Below, piece by piece: positions 48,793 to 59,242 of a DNA stretch of 64,000 bases (its first letter is position 1; each line of letters begins with the position of its first letter). Source of the stretch: Pirellulales bacterium (lineage in GTDB: Bacteria; Planctomycetota; Planctomycetia; Pirellulales; JAICIG01); NCBI GenBank assembly GCA_040901675.1, contig JBBDYJ010000016.1, forward strand, positions 32,001 through 96,000. The letters run 5' to 3'. Below the pieces are notes generated by a model. It was not told the DNA's origin, ran no database searches, and was given only the letters and a program-made list of their open reading frames with translations. Both the position numbers and the translations under genes were made by a program.

Positions 48793-49287
48793 GTGAATGA
48801 CTTGAACCTGTCGGCCCAGCGCGATCCCCGGCTGGCGGCGGTGCCGCTGTATGAGACAGTCGAGGAAGTCCAAGCCGACCTGGCTCCGCGGTTTCTGGCC
48901 TTGCGCATCCGAACCGTGCTCGACGTGCCGCGCGACCTGGTGGTGACGGCGGACGGCGATATGCTGCGCCGCGCCATCTTGAACCTTTCGCTGAATGCCA
49001 TCGAGGCCATGCCGGCCGGCGGCGAGTTGGTGGTCACCGCATACGCGGGCAGGTCGAGCGTCGAGCTGGAAATCGCCGACAGCGGGCCTGGCCTGTCGGA
49101 GGAGGTCCGCCGCCGGGCGTTCGAACCATTCTTCACCACCAAGAGCACGGGCACGGGCTTGGGCCTGGCCGTCGTGAATCGCGTGGCCGAGGTTCACGGG
49201 GGCGATGTCACCGCCGCCAATTGCCCCGAGGGGGGCGCCGCGTTCACCATCCGCTTGCCTCGCCGCAGCTTCGAGGCCGCCGCATGA
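48793..49287 (+). CDS. Stand-alone HATPase_c domain of a histidine kinase (no DHp/His box; possibly a remnant)
   Basis: NLSLNAIEA (N), IADSGPG (G1), AFEPFFTTK (F), GTGLGL (G2); no H-box upstream. Confidence 0.75.
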   Translation: MNDLNLSAQRDPRLAAVPLYETVEEVQADLAPRFLALRIRTVLDVPRDLVVTADGDMLRRAILNLSLNAIEAMPAGGELVVTAYAGRSSVELEIADSGPGLSEEVRRRAFEPFFTTKSTGTGLGLAVVNRVAEVHGGDVTAANCPEGGAAFTIRLPRRSFEAAA

Positions 49288-49403
49288 CCAGGCAACCACG
49301 CCGCACGTGATTGGTGCGAATCCGCAACAAGCTGGTGCACGCCGACCGGGAGGTTCAGAACATTCGGGGTTGAAGCCGGATCGGGCAACTTGGAGTTCCA
49401 TGG

Positions 49404-50834
49404 ATGGATTTCCTGAACAACGCTTCCGGGCAACTCGGCGAACTGTTCCGCTCGATGACGGCCGGCGCGCGGATTACCGCGGCGGTGCTGGCGACGGTGG
49501 TGGTGATCAGCCTGGCTTACCTGGTCAACCAACAGGTGTCGCGTGGCGGCGAATATCTTTTGGACGGTCACCGCTTCAGCTCGTCTGAGCTGATGGCGGC
49601 CGAAGGGGCCTTCGGCAGCGCCGAGCTGAACGGCCATGAGGTCGAAGGCGGGCGGATCAGCGTGCCACGAGCCCAGCGGGCCCGGTACATGGCCGCCCTG
49701 GCCGACGCGGGCGCCATGCCGACCCACTTCAGCAGCTACCTGACGGAAGCGCTGGCCAAGCCCGGTTTTTTTACCAGCAGCCGCCAGACGGAGGCGATGT
49801 GGAAGGTCGCCGTACAGCGCGAGCTGGCCAGCATTATCGGCAAGATGTCGGGGATTGAGCGGGCTGCCGTTTTTTTCCACACGGAAAAGAAATCGGGCCT
49901 GCACCGCGAGACCGTGAAGACCGCGGCGGTCAGCGTCACGCCGGTGGGCAACCGGCCGCTGGATCCCAAGCGGGTGCCGGCGATCCGCGAATTTGTGGCC
50001 GCCGCCATCGGCATGTCGCCGCAAGGCGTCGTCGTGATCGATACCAGCCAGGACGGCCGGTCGTACCGCGTCGACGGCGATGACGGGATGGTGAGCGTGC
50101 TGAACGACCCGTACTTGAACCACAAGAAGGAGTACCAGAAAGAATTCCAGGCCATGGTCGCCAACGCGCTCGGTTTCGTGCAGGGCGTGATCGTCACCGC
50201 CAGCGTGGAACTGGACCGCGAGATCAGCACGCAGGTGGCTCGCTTGACCCCCAAGCGCGTCACGATCGCCGTTGCCGTGCCGGCCAGCCACTACGAAAAA
50301 ATCTGGCGCGAACAAAACCCGGCGCCACCCGGCCAGCCGGCGGCTGCGCCGGACAAGAACGCGCTGGATCAGATCGAGCTCTCGGAAAAGGCCAAAATCC
50401 AGAACCTGGTCTCTGGCCTGGTGCCGCCGCAGCTCGACGCCGCCGGGGATCCGCGCCCGCAGGTCTCCGTCGCTACTTTTTATCCCTTCACCGCGCCGGA
50501 GGCTCCCCAGCCCACCCTCGCCCAAACCGCCCTCCAATGGGCGTCGATGCACTACGGGGCGCTCGGCATGGGGCTATTGGTCCTGGTCAGCCTGATCATG
50601 CTCCGCTCGATGGTCCGCTGTATCCCGCGGCCGCCCGATGCGGCTGGGGTCGTCGTGCCCAGACGCCCTCCGGCGGAGGAAACCGCACCCAGCGCCGGGC
50701 CGGAAAAGGCGAAGCCGCATTTCAAACGGCCGCAGGCAGCGGGCTCGTTGCGTGACGAACTGGTGGAGATGGTCCGCGAAGATCCGGATGCGGCTGCCGC
50801 CATCCTTCGCACCTGGATAGGCAACGCAGGCTGA
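49404..50834 (+). CDS. fliF: Flagellar MS-ring protein FliF (divergent)
   Basis: Two TM segments, RELASII..MSGIERA.V ring-building motif, C-terminal MVREDPDAAAAILRTWI; directly precedes fliG. Confidence 0.8.
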   Translation: MDFLNNASGQLGELFRSMTAGARITAAVLATVVVISLAYLVNQQVSRGGEYLLDGHRFSSSELMAAEGAFGSAELNGHEVEGGRISVPRAQRARYMAALADAGAMPTHFSSYLTEALAKPGFFTSSRQTEAMWKVAVQRELASIIGKMSGIERAAVFFHTEKKSGLHRETVKTAAVSVTPVGNRPLDPKRVPAIREFVAAAIGMSPQGVVVIDTSQDGRSYRVDGDDGMVSVLNDPYLNHKKEYQKEFQAMVANALGFVQGVIVTASVELDREISTQVARLTPKRVTIAVAVPASHYEKIWREQNPAPPGQPAAAPDKNALDQIELSEKAKIQNLVSGLVPPQLDAAGDPRPQVSVATFYPFTAPEAPQPTLAQTALQWASMHYGALGMGLLVLVSLIMLRSMVRCIPRPPDAAGVVVPRRPPAEETAPSAGPEKAKPHFKRPQAAGSLRDELVEMVREDPDAAAAILRTWIGNAG

Positions 50835-50836
50835 AC

Positions 50837-51829
50837 ATGAAAACGAACTCCCCCTCGCTGCGCAAGGCCGCGCTGCTCGTGGCCAGCCTCGATCGCGATA
50901 CGGCCGATCGACTGCTGGATCAGATGTCGCCGCGGCAGGCTGCACTGGTCCGCCGCGCGCTCGTCGAGCTGGGAGACATCGATCCCGACGAGCAGGACGA
51001 GGTCATCGGCGAGTTCTTCCGCGCCGGACCGCGGATCGCGGTCGACGAGCCGCCGGGAATCGATCTCGACGGTCAGCTCGCCCGCCGCCTGGCCGCTTCG
51101 CCGCGCCGTCCGCCCGACGAAGACCAGGAGCAAGACAGGCCGCCCTTCCGCTTTCTGCACGAGGCCAAGTGCGAGAAACTTTCGCCGTTTCTGGCCGGCG
51201 AACACCCGCAGACGATCGCGCTGGTCCTGTCGCATCTGCCGCCAGAGCGGGCCCTTGGAGTGCTGGCCACACTCGCCGGGACCCTGCAGGCAGACGTCAT
51301 CCGCCGCCTGGTCGACCTGGACGAAGCCGACCCGCGCATCCTCCGCGAAGTCGAACGGGGCCTGCAATCGCGGATCCTCGAACAGGTCAAAAGCGAGCGG
51401 CTCAGGGCCGCCGGTTTGGTGGCCGTGGCCGGCATTCTCGAAGCTGCCGACCCGGTGCTGCGCCGCCAGATCCTCGGCAACCTGGCCTGTTTCGATCCTC
51501 CGCTGGCCGGCAAGCTGCGGACCGACCAGTTCGAGTTCTCGCAGCTTTCCGACGCCAGCCCGGCGGCACTGGCCACGCTGGTGCAATCGGCCGAGCGGCA
51601 CGTGGCGGTGCTGGCGCTGGCCGGCGCTACGCCGCGACTCGTCGAGCGCGTGCTGGCCGGGCTGCCGGCCGCCGATGCCCTCCTGCTCCAACAGGATGTA
51701 GAGAACATCGGCCCCACCCGCTTGAGCGACGTCGAAGAAGCCCAGTCGCAAATGGCCGAGCTGGCCCAGCAACTGGCCTGGCTGGGTCGAATGGAACTGC
51801 CCGCTTCCCGCGCCCCCGTGCTGGTCTGA
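50837..51829 (+). CDS. fliG: Flagellar motor switch protein FliG
   Basis: LRKAALLV, EHPQTIALVLSHL, GPTRLSDVEEAQ. Confidence 0.9.
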   Translation: MKTNSPSLRKAALLVASLDRDTADRLLDQMSPRQAALVRRALVELGDIDPDEQDEVIGEFFRAGPRIAVDEPPGIDLDGQLARRLAASPRRPPDEDQEQDRPPFRFLHEAKCEKLSPFLAGEHPQTIALVLSHLPPERALGVLATLAGTLQADVIRRLVDLDEADPRILREVERGLQSRILEQVKSERLRAAGLVAVAGILEAADPVLRRQILGNLACFDPPLAGKLRTDQFEFSQLSDASPAALATLVQSAERHVAVLALAGATPRLVERVLAGLPAADALLLQQDVENIGPTRLSDVEEAQSQMAELAQQLAWLGRMELPASRAPVLV

Positions 51830-51835
51830 CAAAAC

Positions 51836-52489
51836 ATGCCCTCCGTCATCAAGGCCACCGACCCAGAGCGCGGCATCCATCCCGTGGCATTCAACTTCGA
51901 AGATCTGGCCCAGCACGCCGAACGCTACCTGGAGCAGGTCCGCAGGCAAGCGGCCGGGTTGCTGCGCGAAGCCGGCCAGCAGGCGCAGGCGATTCGCCAG
52001 GCCGCCCGAATCGAAGGCCGCAAAGACGCCCAGCAGGAGTTGGAGCGGATGGCCCGGCAGAAAGTGTCGGCCGAGCTGGAAACGCTGCTCCCCTCGCTGC
52101 AAAGCGTGGTCGCCCAGATCGAGCAGTCACGGGACGCCTGGCTGGGGCACTGGGAACACAGCGCGGTCCACCTGGCCGCCGCGATTGCGGCCCGCCTGGT
52201 CCGCCGCGAACTCTCGGCGCATCCCGAGATTACGCTCGACCTGGTCCGAGAGGCCCTCGAGCTCGCGGCCGGCAGCGGCGAGCTGCAGATCAAGTTGAAT
52301 CCCGGCGACTACGCGGCCCTGGGCGCTGAAGTGCAACGGATCGCGGCGGAGTGCAGCCGGATTGCGCCGGCCACGGTCAAGGCCGACCCGAGCATTTCGG
52401 CCGGCGGTTGCCGGATCGAGACGCGGTTTGGTTCGATCGACCAGCAGTTCGAGGCCCAGTTGGCCAGGATCGAAGAGGAGCTTAGTTGA
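51836..52489 (+). CDS. fliH: Flagellar assembly protein FliH/SctL
   Basis: Coiled-coil N-terminus, LNPGD, DPSISAGGCRIETRFGSID. Confidence 0.88.
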   Translation: MPSVIKATDPERGIHPVAFNFEDLAQHAERYLEQVRRQAAGLLREAGQQAQAIRQAARIEGRKDAQQELERMARQKVSAELETLLPSLQSVVAQIEQSRDAWLGHWEHSAVHLAAAIAARLVRRELSAHPEITLDLVREALELAAGSGELQIKLNPGDYAALGAEVQRIAAECSRIAPATVKADPSISAGGCRIETRFGSIDQQFEAQLARIEEELS

Positions 52490-52518
52490 TGCGCCCCGGG
52501 CGTGGGACCTCGCTGGCG

Positions 52519-52560
52519 CCCCTCGACGGGCTCGGGGCGGGTCGAGCCCGCCGAGACCCG
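52519..52560. repeat. Short palindromic repeat element between fliH and fliI
   Basis: CTCGACGGGCTCG / CGAGCCCGCCGAG imperfect inverted repeat. Confidence 0.55.
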
Positions 52561-52582
52561 CGTCGGGGTGGTGTAGGACGCC

Positions 52583-53914
52583 ATGCTTGACTACAAAAAC
52601 CAACTCGCCGCGATTCTGCCAACGGCTCTGGAAGGCAGCGTCGTGCGGACGGTGGGCTCCGCGGTGGCGGTGGCGGGGCTGCCTGCGCCGGTCGGCGGCC
52701 TGGTATCGATCGAGCGGCAGGCGGGCGGGCCGGTCGAGGCCGAAGTGATCGGCTTGGGCCACGAGTTGACGCTCGTTTTCCCGTGGGGGGACCTGCAAGG
52801 CGTGCGGCACGGCAACCGCGTTCGGCTGGTGCGGACCAAGGGGCACCTGCCGACGGGTGAAGGATTGCTGGGGCGCATCGTCGACGCCCGCGGGCATTGC
52901 ATCGACGGCCGCCCGCGACCCTTTTTGGCCGGGCGGACCCTGCTGGAACGCCGCGCGCCGAAGGCCACCCAGCGGCCCCGCATCACGGCCCCGCTGGCGA
53001 CCGGGGTGCGGGCGCTCGACGGGCTGCTGACGTGCGGCAAGGGACAACGCATGGGGATCTTCTCCGGGTCCGGAGTCGGCAAGAGCACCATGCTGGGCAT
53101 GATGGCCCGCCATACTTCGGCCGAGGTGAACGTGATTGCCCTGGTCGGTGAGCGCGGCCGCGAAGTGAACGATTTCATCGAGCGCGACCTGGGGCGCGAT
53201 GGACTCGCCAAGAGTGTGGTGGTAGTGGCCACCAGCGACGAACCGGCCCCGCTGCGCGTGCGGGCCGCCTTCGCCGCCACGGCGATTGCGGAGTTCTTCC
53301 GCGACCAGGGGCGCGACGTGCTGTTGATGATGGACTCGTTGACGCGCTTTGCCCTGGCGCAGCGTGAGATCGGCCTGGCTGCCGGCGAACCGCCGACGAC
53401 ACGCGGCTTTCCGCCTTCGGTGTTCGCCATCCTGCCCCGGCTGGTCGAACGCGCCGGCCTGACGCCCCAAGGGAGCATCACGGCCTTTTATTCGGTGCTG
53501 GTTGAAGCCGACGATCCGAACGAACCGATCAGCGACGCCGTCCGCGGCTTCCTCGACGGGCACACCTGGCTCTCGCGCAAACTGGCCAACCGCGGACATT
53601 ACCCGGCCATCGACGTGCTCGAGAGCACCAGCCGGATGATGAGCGAGGTGGCGACGGCGGATCACCAGCAGGCCGCCCACGCGCTGCGCGAGCTGCTGGC
53701 CGCTCATCGGGACCATGAGGACCTGATTTCGCTGGGGGCCTACCAACGCGGCAGCAACGGGCTGGTCGACGCGGCCCTGGAGATGCACGACCCGATTCAG
53801 AAGTTTCTGCGGCAAAGAATCGACGAGCCCGTCACGCTGGAGGCGGCCCGCGAACAACTCGTGCAGCTCGGCCGGCGATGCGCGCACCGACCGGCCGGCA
53901 AACCAGCGGCCTAG
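52583..53914 (+). CDS. fliI: Flagellar export ATPase FliI
   Basis: GSGVGKS, GERGREV, DSLTRFA.AQREIGL..GEPP, DGH..LSR. Confidence 0.95.
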   Translation: MLDYKNQLAAILPTALEGSVVRTVGSAVAVAGLPAPVGGLVSIERQAGGPVEAEVIGLGHELTLVFPWGDLQGVRHGNRVRLVRTKGHLPTGEGLLGRIVDARGHCIDGRPRPFLAGRTLLERRAPKATQRPRITAPLATGVRALDGLLTCGKGQRMGIFSGSGVGKSTMLGMMARHTSAEVNVIALVGERGREVNDFIERDLGRDGLAKSVVVVATSDEPAPLRVRAAFAATAIAEFFRDQGRDVLLMMDSLTRFALAQREIGLAAGEPPTTRGFPPSVFAILPRLVERAGLTPQGSITAFYSVLVEADDPNEPISDAVRGFLDGHTWLSRKLANRGHYPAIDVLESTSRMMSEVATADHQQAAHALRELLAAHRDHEDLISLGAYQRGSNGLVDAALEMHDPIQKFLRQRIDEPVTLEAAREQLVQLGRRCAHRPAGKPAA

Positions 53915-53924
53915 GAGCAACCCG

Positions 53925-54371
53925 GTGCGAACGTTCCAATTCCGGCTGGCCACACTGCTCCGGCTGCGGCAGGCGGTTCGCGACGAGCGGCGTGGCCAGT
54001 TGGCGGAGGCGTTGGCCGCCGCCGCCGCTTTGTCCGCCCGGCTGGACGAGCTCGATCGCGATCTGAACCAACTCAAGCAACAGCAAACTTGCCGAGCGGG
54101 CTCACTGGATTTGGACCGCTTGCTCGAGGCCGACCGCTACGAGGCGATGCTCCGCGCCCAGCGGGCCGAGGTCCAGCGGCAGCGGGATGCCGTGGCAGTC
54201 GAGATCGACAAACGGCGTGAAGCCGTGGTCGCTGCCGATCGTGATCTCAAGGCCCTCCAACAGCTTGAAGAGCTGCAGGGAAAGCGCCATCGCGCCGCCG
54301 AGGAGCGGCAGAACGTCAAGGAACTCGACGAAACCGCCTCCCGCCGGGCCCGTGAGAAGGTACACGAGTGA
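53925..54371 (+). CDS. fliJ: Flagellar export protein FliJ
   Basis: FQFRLATLLRLR start, coiled coil, C-terminal KELDE. Confidence 0.88.
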   Translation: MRTFQFRLATLLRLRQAVRDERRGQLAEALAAAAALSARLDELDRDLNQLKQQQTCRAGSLDLDRLLEADRYEAMLRAQRAEVQRQRDAVAVEIDKRREAVVAADRDLKALQQLEELQGKRHRAAEERQNVKELDETASRRAREKVHE

Positions 54372-54612
54372 TGCGGCCCGCCGGGAGCACCTGGCTTTCC
54401 TGGCTTGCCCGTGCATGGGCACCGTGCTGGCAAAGGGGCCGGCTTTTGGCTATTGGCCCGTGCAGGCCCAGGCTCGCCGATCGGCCAAGCGCCTGGTTGG
54501 GCTTGATCCAAAGGCGGATTTTGGAGAAAACTAACCGCGCTGTGGGCAGGCCACTTCTCCAGGCAGTCGCCTAAAGCCGCAGGGAACGGCCACCGCAAAG
54601 GAATGGATTCCA

Positions 54613-55134
54613 ATGCCGGACGGACCGGGACTTGGTCCCGAAGAACTCGAGCGATTGCTGAAGCAGGCCCAAGCCGCGCCACGGCTCTCGAACTCCCGGG
54701 CGGCCCAGGCCGCCTCTGCCGGCGCGCCGCCCGATGTGGGGCTGGCTCAGGGCGACGTCGAGCTCTTGCTCCAACAGGCCGAGCAGGCTCTCGCATCGGT
54801 GGAGCACCCCCCCGGCGACCCTCCGGCGGGAGCTACGGTCTACCAGCTCGAAGACTTTGTCGGAGCCAACAGCAACGGGGAACGGGCCACGTTGGATTTG
54901 ATCCGCGACGTCGAACTGGATCTCCGGATCGAATTCGGCCGCACGCACATGTACCTGGAAGACATCCTCAAGCTGCGCAAGGGGTCGGTCGTTCCGTTAG
55001 ACAAACTGGCGGGCGAGCCGGTCGAGATTTTTGTCAACGGGCGGTTGATCGCCAAGGGGGAGGTTCTGGTCCTCAACGATAACTTTTGCGTCCGCGTGGC
55101 GGAGCTCGTCGCCGGCAGCGCCGTCGCGGCGTAG
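54613..55134 (+). CDS. fliN: Flagellar switch protein FliN
   Basis: SpoA domain DVELDLRIEFGR...GSVVPLDKLAGEPV...GEVLV. Confidence 0.9.
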   Translation: MPDGPGLGPEELERLLKQAQAAPRLSNSRAAQAASAGAPPDVGLAQGDVELLLQQAEQALASVEHPPGDPPAGATVYQLEDFVGANSNGERATLDLIRDVELDLRIEFGRTHMYLEDILKLRKGSVVPLDKLAGEPVEIFVNGRLIAKGEVLVLNDNFCVRVAELVAGSAVAA

Positions 55135-55267
55135 CCGGAGAGGGCCAGAGTTCGGGCCCGCTGAAGCGAACAAACCATAGCCGGATTTCCACAAGAGTCC
55201 GCGAACCGTGAAATACCTGGCACGTGCGAAGCCCGGCGGCTTCGGCTAGCCAGCATGGCGCCAAGCG

Positions 55268-55990
55268 ATGAAACTGAACGCACGAATCACCCTGGCACTG
55301 GTTCTGCTACTGGTCGCCGCGCCGCGGCTCTTCGCTCAAGCGGGCGACGAGCACCAGGCGCTGCGCGCCGGCGGGCCGCACCAGCCCGGCGAATCGTCCA
55401 ATCGCCAGGCCTCGTTCGACAAGCCCGGCGCAAGCTTTGCCCCACGCAAGCTGCCGGCCATGGCCGGAGCAAGAGCCGCCGAACAGCTCGATCCCATTCG
55501 CTTGCCCCCCCGCGCCGACAAGACGACGCGCCCGGCCGGTCCGGAAACGGCGAGGCGAAAGCCGGCCTCGACGGGCGGCAGCCTGCTATCCGGCCTGGGC
55601 AGCTTGGCCCTCGTGCTGGGACTGTTTTTTATCACGGCCTGGGCCTTGCGGCGCGCCGTGCCCGGCGCGTGTCCGGCACTGCCGGCCGAGGTGATCGAGG
55701 TCCTGGGCCGAACCACGCTGGCAGGCCGCCAGCAAGCCTATCTGCTCCGCTGCGGCAACAAGCTGCTGCTGGTCCACCTGGCGGCCGGCTGCGCCGAGAC
55801 ACTCACCGAAATCACCGATCCGGTGGAAGTCGACCGGTTGGCGGGCCTCTGCCGCCAGGCGCACCCGCACAGCACCAGCCTCTCCTTCCGCCAGATCCTC
55901 GAACAGTTTGGACGCGAAAAGTCGGCCGAGAGTTTTGTGGATAGTGCGCCAGGCGGGGCAGTCGCGGCGACGGAGCCGGCCCATGCCTGA
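55268..55990 (+). CDS. fliO: Flagellar biosynthesis protein FliO
   Basis: [11 protein letters not shown], then IEVLGR..L...[15 protein letters not shown]; lies between fliN and fliP. Confidence 0.8.
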   Translation: MKLNARITLALVLLLVAAPRLFAQAGDEHQALRAGGPHQPGESSNRQASFDKPGASFAPRKLPAMAGARAAEQLDPIRLPPRADKTTRPAGPETARRKPASTGGSLLSGLGSLALVLGLFFITAWALRRAVPGACPALPAEVIEVLGRTTLAGRQQAYLLRCGNKLLLVHLAAGCAETLTEITDPVEVDRLAGLCRQAHPHSTSLSFRQILEQFGREKSAESFVDSAPGGAVAATEPAHA

Positions 55991-56885
55991 AGCGTTGCCG
56001 CTGACAGCGACCGGACGAAAGCGGCTCTGCCGCCGCCCGTGCGCAATCATCTCGCTGGCGGCCGGGGTGCTCTTGCTGTGCAGCTCGGCAACGACGGCTC
56101 AACCGGGTGGTCCGGCCATGGATGCACGCGGCCCGATCCAGGGCCGCCCGGCCCCCAGTCGCCCCGCAGCCCTGGAGGCGCCGGGCGTGTCGGAGTTGCT
56201 CCCGGGCGGCCCCGCTGCCTGGACCAGCCCGGAGGGGCTGAGCTCGACGCTCAAGGTCATGCTGCTGTTGACCGTGCTGAGCCTGGCGCCGGCCGTGCTG
56301 CTGATGACGACCAGCTTCGTGCGGATTGTGATCGTGCTGAGCCTGCTGCGGCAAGCTTTGGGCACGCAGCAACTGCCCCCCAACCAGGTGATCACCTCGA
56401 TGTCGTTGTTCCTCACCTTGCTGATCATGACCCCGGTGTGGAAGGAGTCGTACGAGCAAGGCATCAAGCCCTACAACGAGGGCCAGATCGGACTGGCCGA
56501 AGCATGGGACGCCGGCATTCGTCCGATTCGCCGCTTCATGACCATGCAGATCGACCGCACCGGCAACAGCGACGACATCTGGCTGTTCCTCGAGTACATG
56601 CCCGACCGTCCCACGCCGCAACAGTACGACGACGTGCCTTTGCAGGCCTTGTTGCCGGCCTTCATGCTCAGCGAGCTGAAGACGGCCTTTCTGATCGGCT
56701 TTCAGATCTATCTGCCGTTCGTGATCCTCGACATGGTCATTTCCAGCGTGCTGATATCGATGGGCATGCTGATGCTGCCTCCGGTGCTGATTTCGCTCCC
56801 CTTCAAGCTGCTGATGTTCGTGTTGGCCGACGGCTGGCACCTGGTGATCGGCATGCTCATGGAAAGTTTCCAGCCGTTCACGTGA
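55983..56885 (+). CDS. fliP: Export gate protein FliP
   Basis: [50 protein letters not shown]. Confidence 0.96.
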   Translation: MPEALPLTATGRKRLCRRPCAIISLAAGVLLLCSSATTAQPGGPAMDARGPIQGRPAPSRPAALEAPGVSELLPGGPAAWTSPEGLSSTLKVMLLLTVLSLAPAVLLMTTSFVRIVIVLSLLRQALGTQQLPPNQVITSMSLFLTLLIMTPVWKESYEQGIKPYNEGQIGLAEAWDAGIRPIRRFMTMQIDRTGNSDDIWLFLEYMPDRPTPQQYDDVPLQALLPAFMLSELKTAFLIGFQIYLPFVILDMVISSVLISMGMLMLPPVLISLPFKLLMFVLADGWHLVIGMLMESFQPFT

Positions 56886-56983
56886 CGCGGCCGGCGGATC
56901 GGGCCTTGCCAGCCTGGCGCCCCCTGAGCGGTTGGACTGTCTCAAGAACGCGTCAAACATTGTCTCTCGACTGCCGGCGACCC

Positions 56984-57250
56984 ATGGACCCTCAGGACGC
57001 AGTGGATCTGGCCCGCGAAGCGATCCTGGTCGCCTTGCTCATCGGCTCGCCCGTGTTGTTGGCGGGGCTGCTGGTCGGCCTGGCGGTGGGCCTGCTGCAA
57101 GCGCTGACGCAGGTGCAGGAGCAGACCGTTTCGTTCGTGCCCAAGCTCGTCGCCATGGTCCTCGTGCTGTCGTTCACTCTTCCCTGGCTGCTGGGCCGCT
57201 TCGTCGACTACGTGCGGGAGCTGTTTGGCCACATCCCCGAAACTCTTTGA
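56984..57250 (+). CDS. fliQ: Export gate protein FliQ
   Basis: GLLQALTQVQEQTVSFVPK. Confidence 0.95.
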   Translation: MDPQDAVDLAREAILVALLIGSPVLLAGLLVGLAVGLLQALTQVQEQTVSFVPKLVAMVLVLSFTLPWLLGRFVDYVRELFGHIPETL

Positions 57251-57264
57251 ACAGGGCAGGGCGG

Positions 57265-58035
57265 ATGTTCGACCTGGCCCACTTCACGCTCGAGCAGTTC
57301 ATTGTGTTCACGCTGGTGCTGACCCGGCTGGGCGGGCTGGTGGCCACCGCCCCGCTCTACGGCACCCAGACTCCGGCCCAGGTGCGGGCCTCCCTGGCCC
57401 TGGCCTTGGCCGTGCTCGTGACACCGTCGCAGTGGGCCGGCTCGCTGCCGGCGCCCCAGGCGCTGAGCGACTATCTCCTGATGCTCGGCGGAGAGTTGCT
57501 GGTGGGGCTGACGCTGGGGCTGGGCATGACGCTGCTGTTCTCCGGAGTGCAGCTTGCCGGACAGATCATCGGCCAGACCAGCGGCATGACGCTGGCCGAG
57601 GTCTTCAACCCGGGCTTCGACGGCAGCATCCCGCTCATCTCGCAGGCGCTGTACCTCCTGGCCCTGGCCATCTTCGTCACGCTGGGAGGCCATCGCTTGC
57701 TCATGGCCGGCCTGCTGGGCACGTTTGCCACGATTCCCATAGGCGGCGCGGGCTTGTCGGCCGGGCTGGGCGAAGCGGTCGTCGTCTTGCTGACGCAAAG
57801 CTTCAGCCTTGGCATCCGCATCGCGGCGCCGGCCACCGCGGCCTTGCTGCTGGCGACGCTGGTGATGGGCCTGGTGAGCCGTACGCTGCCGCAGCTCAAC
57901 CTGCTGACCTTGGGCTTTGGGCTCAACGCGCTGGCGGCTTTTGGCATTCTCGCCATGTCGCTGGGCGGCTTGAGTTGGGCTTTCCAAGCCGAGATCGAGC
58001 CGGCGTTGCAAACCATCCTCGAGGCCCTCGGCTGA
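57265..58035 (+). CDS. fliR: Export gate protein FliR
   Basis: Hydrophobic; GELLVGL.LG, AGQII...G, LGGHR, RIAAP, SRTLPQLN. Confidence 0.92.
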   Translation: MFDLAHFTLEQFIVFTLVLTRLGGLVATAPLYGTQTPAQVRASLALALAVLVTPSQWAGSLPAPQALSDYLLMLGGELLVGLTLGLGMTLLFSGVQLAGQIIGQTSGMTLAEVFNPGFDGSIPLISQALYLLALAIFVTLGGHRLLMAGLLGTFATIPIGGAGLSAGLGEAVVVLLTQSFSLGIRIAAPATAALLLATLVMGLVSRTLPQLNLLTLGFGLNALAAFGILAMSLGGLSWAFQAEIEPALQTILEALG

Positions 58036-58039
58036 TGGC

Positions 58040-59101
58040 ATGGAGCAAAGCGGCGACAAGACCCACGAACCCACCGCCCATCGCCGCCGGCAGGCGCGCG
58101 AGCAGGGCCAGGTGGCGCACAGCCAGGACTTGGGCAGTGCAGCGCTGTTGATCGGAGGAGTGCTGGCGGTGCTGGCGCTTGGCGGCTCGATGGTCGGCGC
58201 CATGGACCAGGTGACAAGGCAGCATCTCGGCCAGGTCTGGCTCTCGGCCGACAACGAGCTGATCGTTGCCTGCACCCGCGAGCTGATCGCCATGCTGGCG
58301 CGATCGCTGTTGCCGATCTTGGCCGCCATGTGGTTCGTGGCCGTGGCCGTCAGCCTGGTGCAAGTCGGCCCGCTGTTCCTGCCCGGCAAGCTGGCTCCCG
58401 ACCTGTCCCGCATCAACCCGCAGCGAGGGTTCAGCCGCCTGGCGTCGCTGCCGAGCCTGGTGCGGCTTGCGTTCGGCATGATCAAGGTCGCCTTGATTTC
58501 CGTGCTCGCCTGGTTCTGCCTGGCGGCCCAGGGAGAGGCCTTGCTCTCACTGGCGGCCTTGGAACCGCCGCAGGTGGCAGCGTACCTCTCGCACGTGATG
58601 CTCGACACGGCCTGGAAGATTGGCGCGGCGTTGTTGGCGTTGGCCCTGTTGGACTACCTGTTTCAACGGCGCCGTCATGAGCGCGACTTGCGGATGACGC
58701 ACCAGGAAATCCGCGAGGAGATGAAGAACCTGCAGGGCGATCCGCAGATTATCGCTCGCCGCCGGGCCATCCAGCGGCAACTTGTTTTGAGCCGCTTATC
58801 CAGCATGGTGCCGAAGGCGGACGTGGTGATCACCAATCCCACCGAGCTGGCGGTGGCCATCGAGTACAAGCGGGAGAGCATGGCCGCCCCGGTCGTGGTG
58901 GCCAAGGGGGCCGGTGTTCTGGCCCAGCGGATTCGCCGGCTGGCTCTGGAGCAGGGTATCCCGATCGTCGAGAAGAAGCCGCTGGCCCAGGCTCTCTACC
59001 GCCAGGTCGATGTCAATCAGGCCATTCCCAACCAGATGTACTCCGCCGTGGCCGACGTCCTGGGCTACGTCTACCAGCTCAAAGGGAAGAAGACTCGCTA
59101 G
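58040..59101 (+). CDS. flhB: Export switch protein FlhB
   Basis: KTHEPT..R...AREQGQV, EIREEMK..QGDP, ADVVITNPTE (NPTH autocleavage motif reads NPTE), AKGAG. Confidence 0.93.
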   Translation: MEQSGDKTHEPTAHRRRQAREQGQVAHSQDLGSAALLIGGVLAVLALGGSMVGAMDQVTRQHLGQVWLSADNELIVACTRELIAMLARSLLPILAAMWFVAVAVSLVQVGPLFLPGKLAPDLSRINPQRGFSRLASLPSLVRLAFGMIKVALISVLAWFCLAAQGEALLSLAALEPPQVAAYLSHVMLDTAWKIGAALLALALLDYLFQRRRHERDLRMTHQEIREEMKNLQGDPQIIARRRAIQRQLVLSRLSSMVPKADVVITNPTELAVAIEYKRESMAAPVVVAKGAGVLAQRIRRLALEQGIPIVEKKPLAQALYRQVDVNQAIPNQMYSAVADVLGYVYQLKGKKTR

Positions 59102-59242
59102 CGCGACGCGCCCCAGCTCGAAGTTCTGTCCTAATCCGTCCGCCGCGCGCCCGTCCGTCACGTTTTCGCCTGCGCGCTTTGCGAGAGCCGTTCGTCCGCG
59201 GCCGGTTCCCCAACGTTTCAGCGAATTGCGCGGAAACTGAGC

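Noticed and set aside
54368..54574. 68-aa ORF between fliJ and fliN
   Set aside because: No resemblance to flagellar proteins and poor codon bias; treated as intergenic
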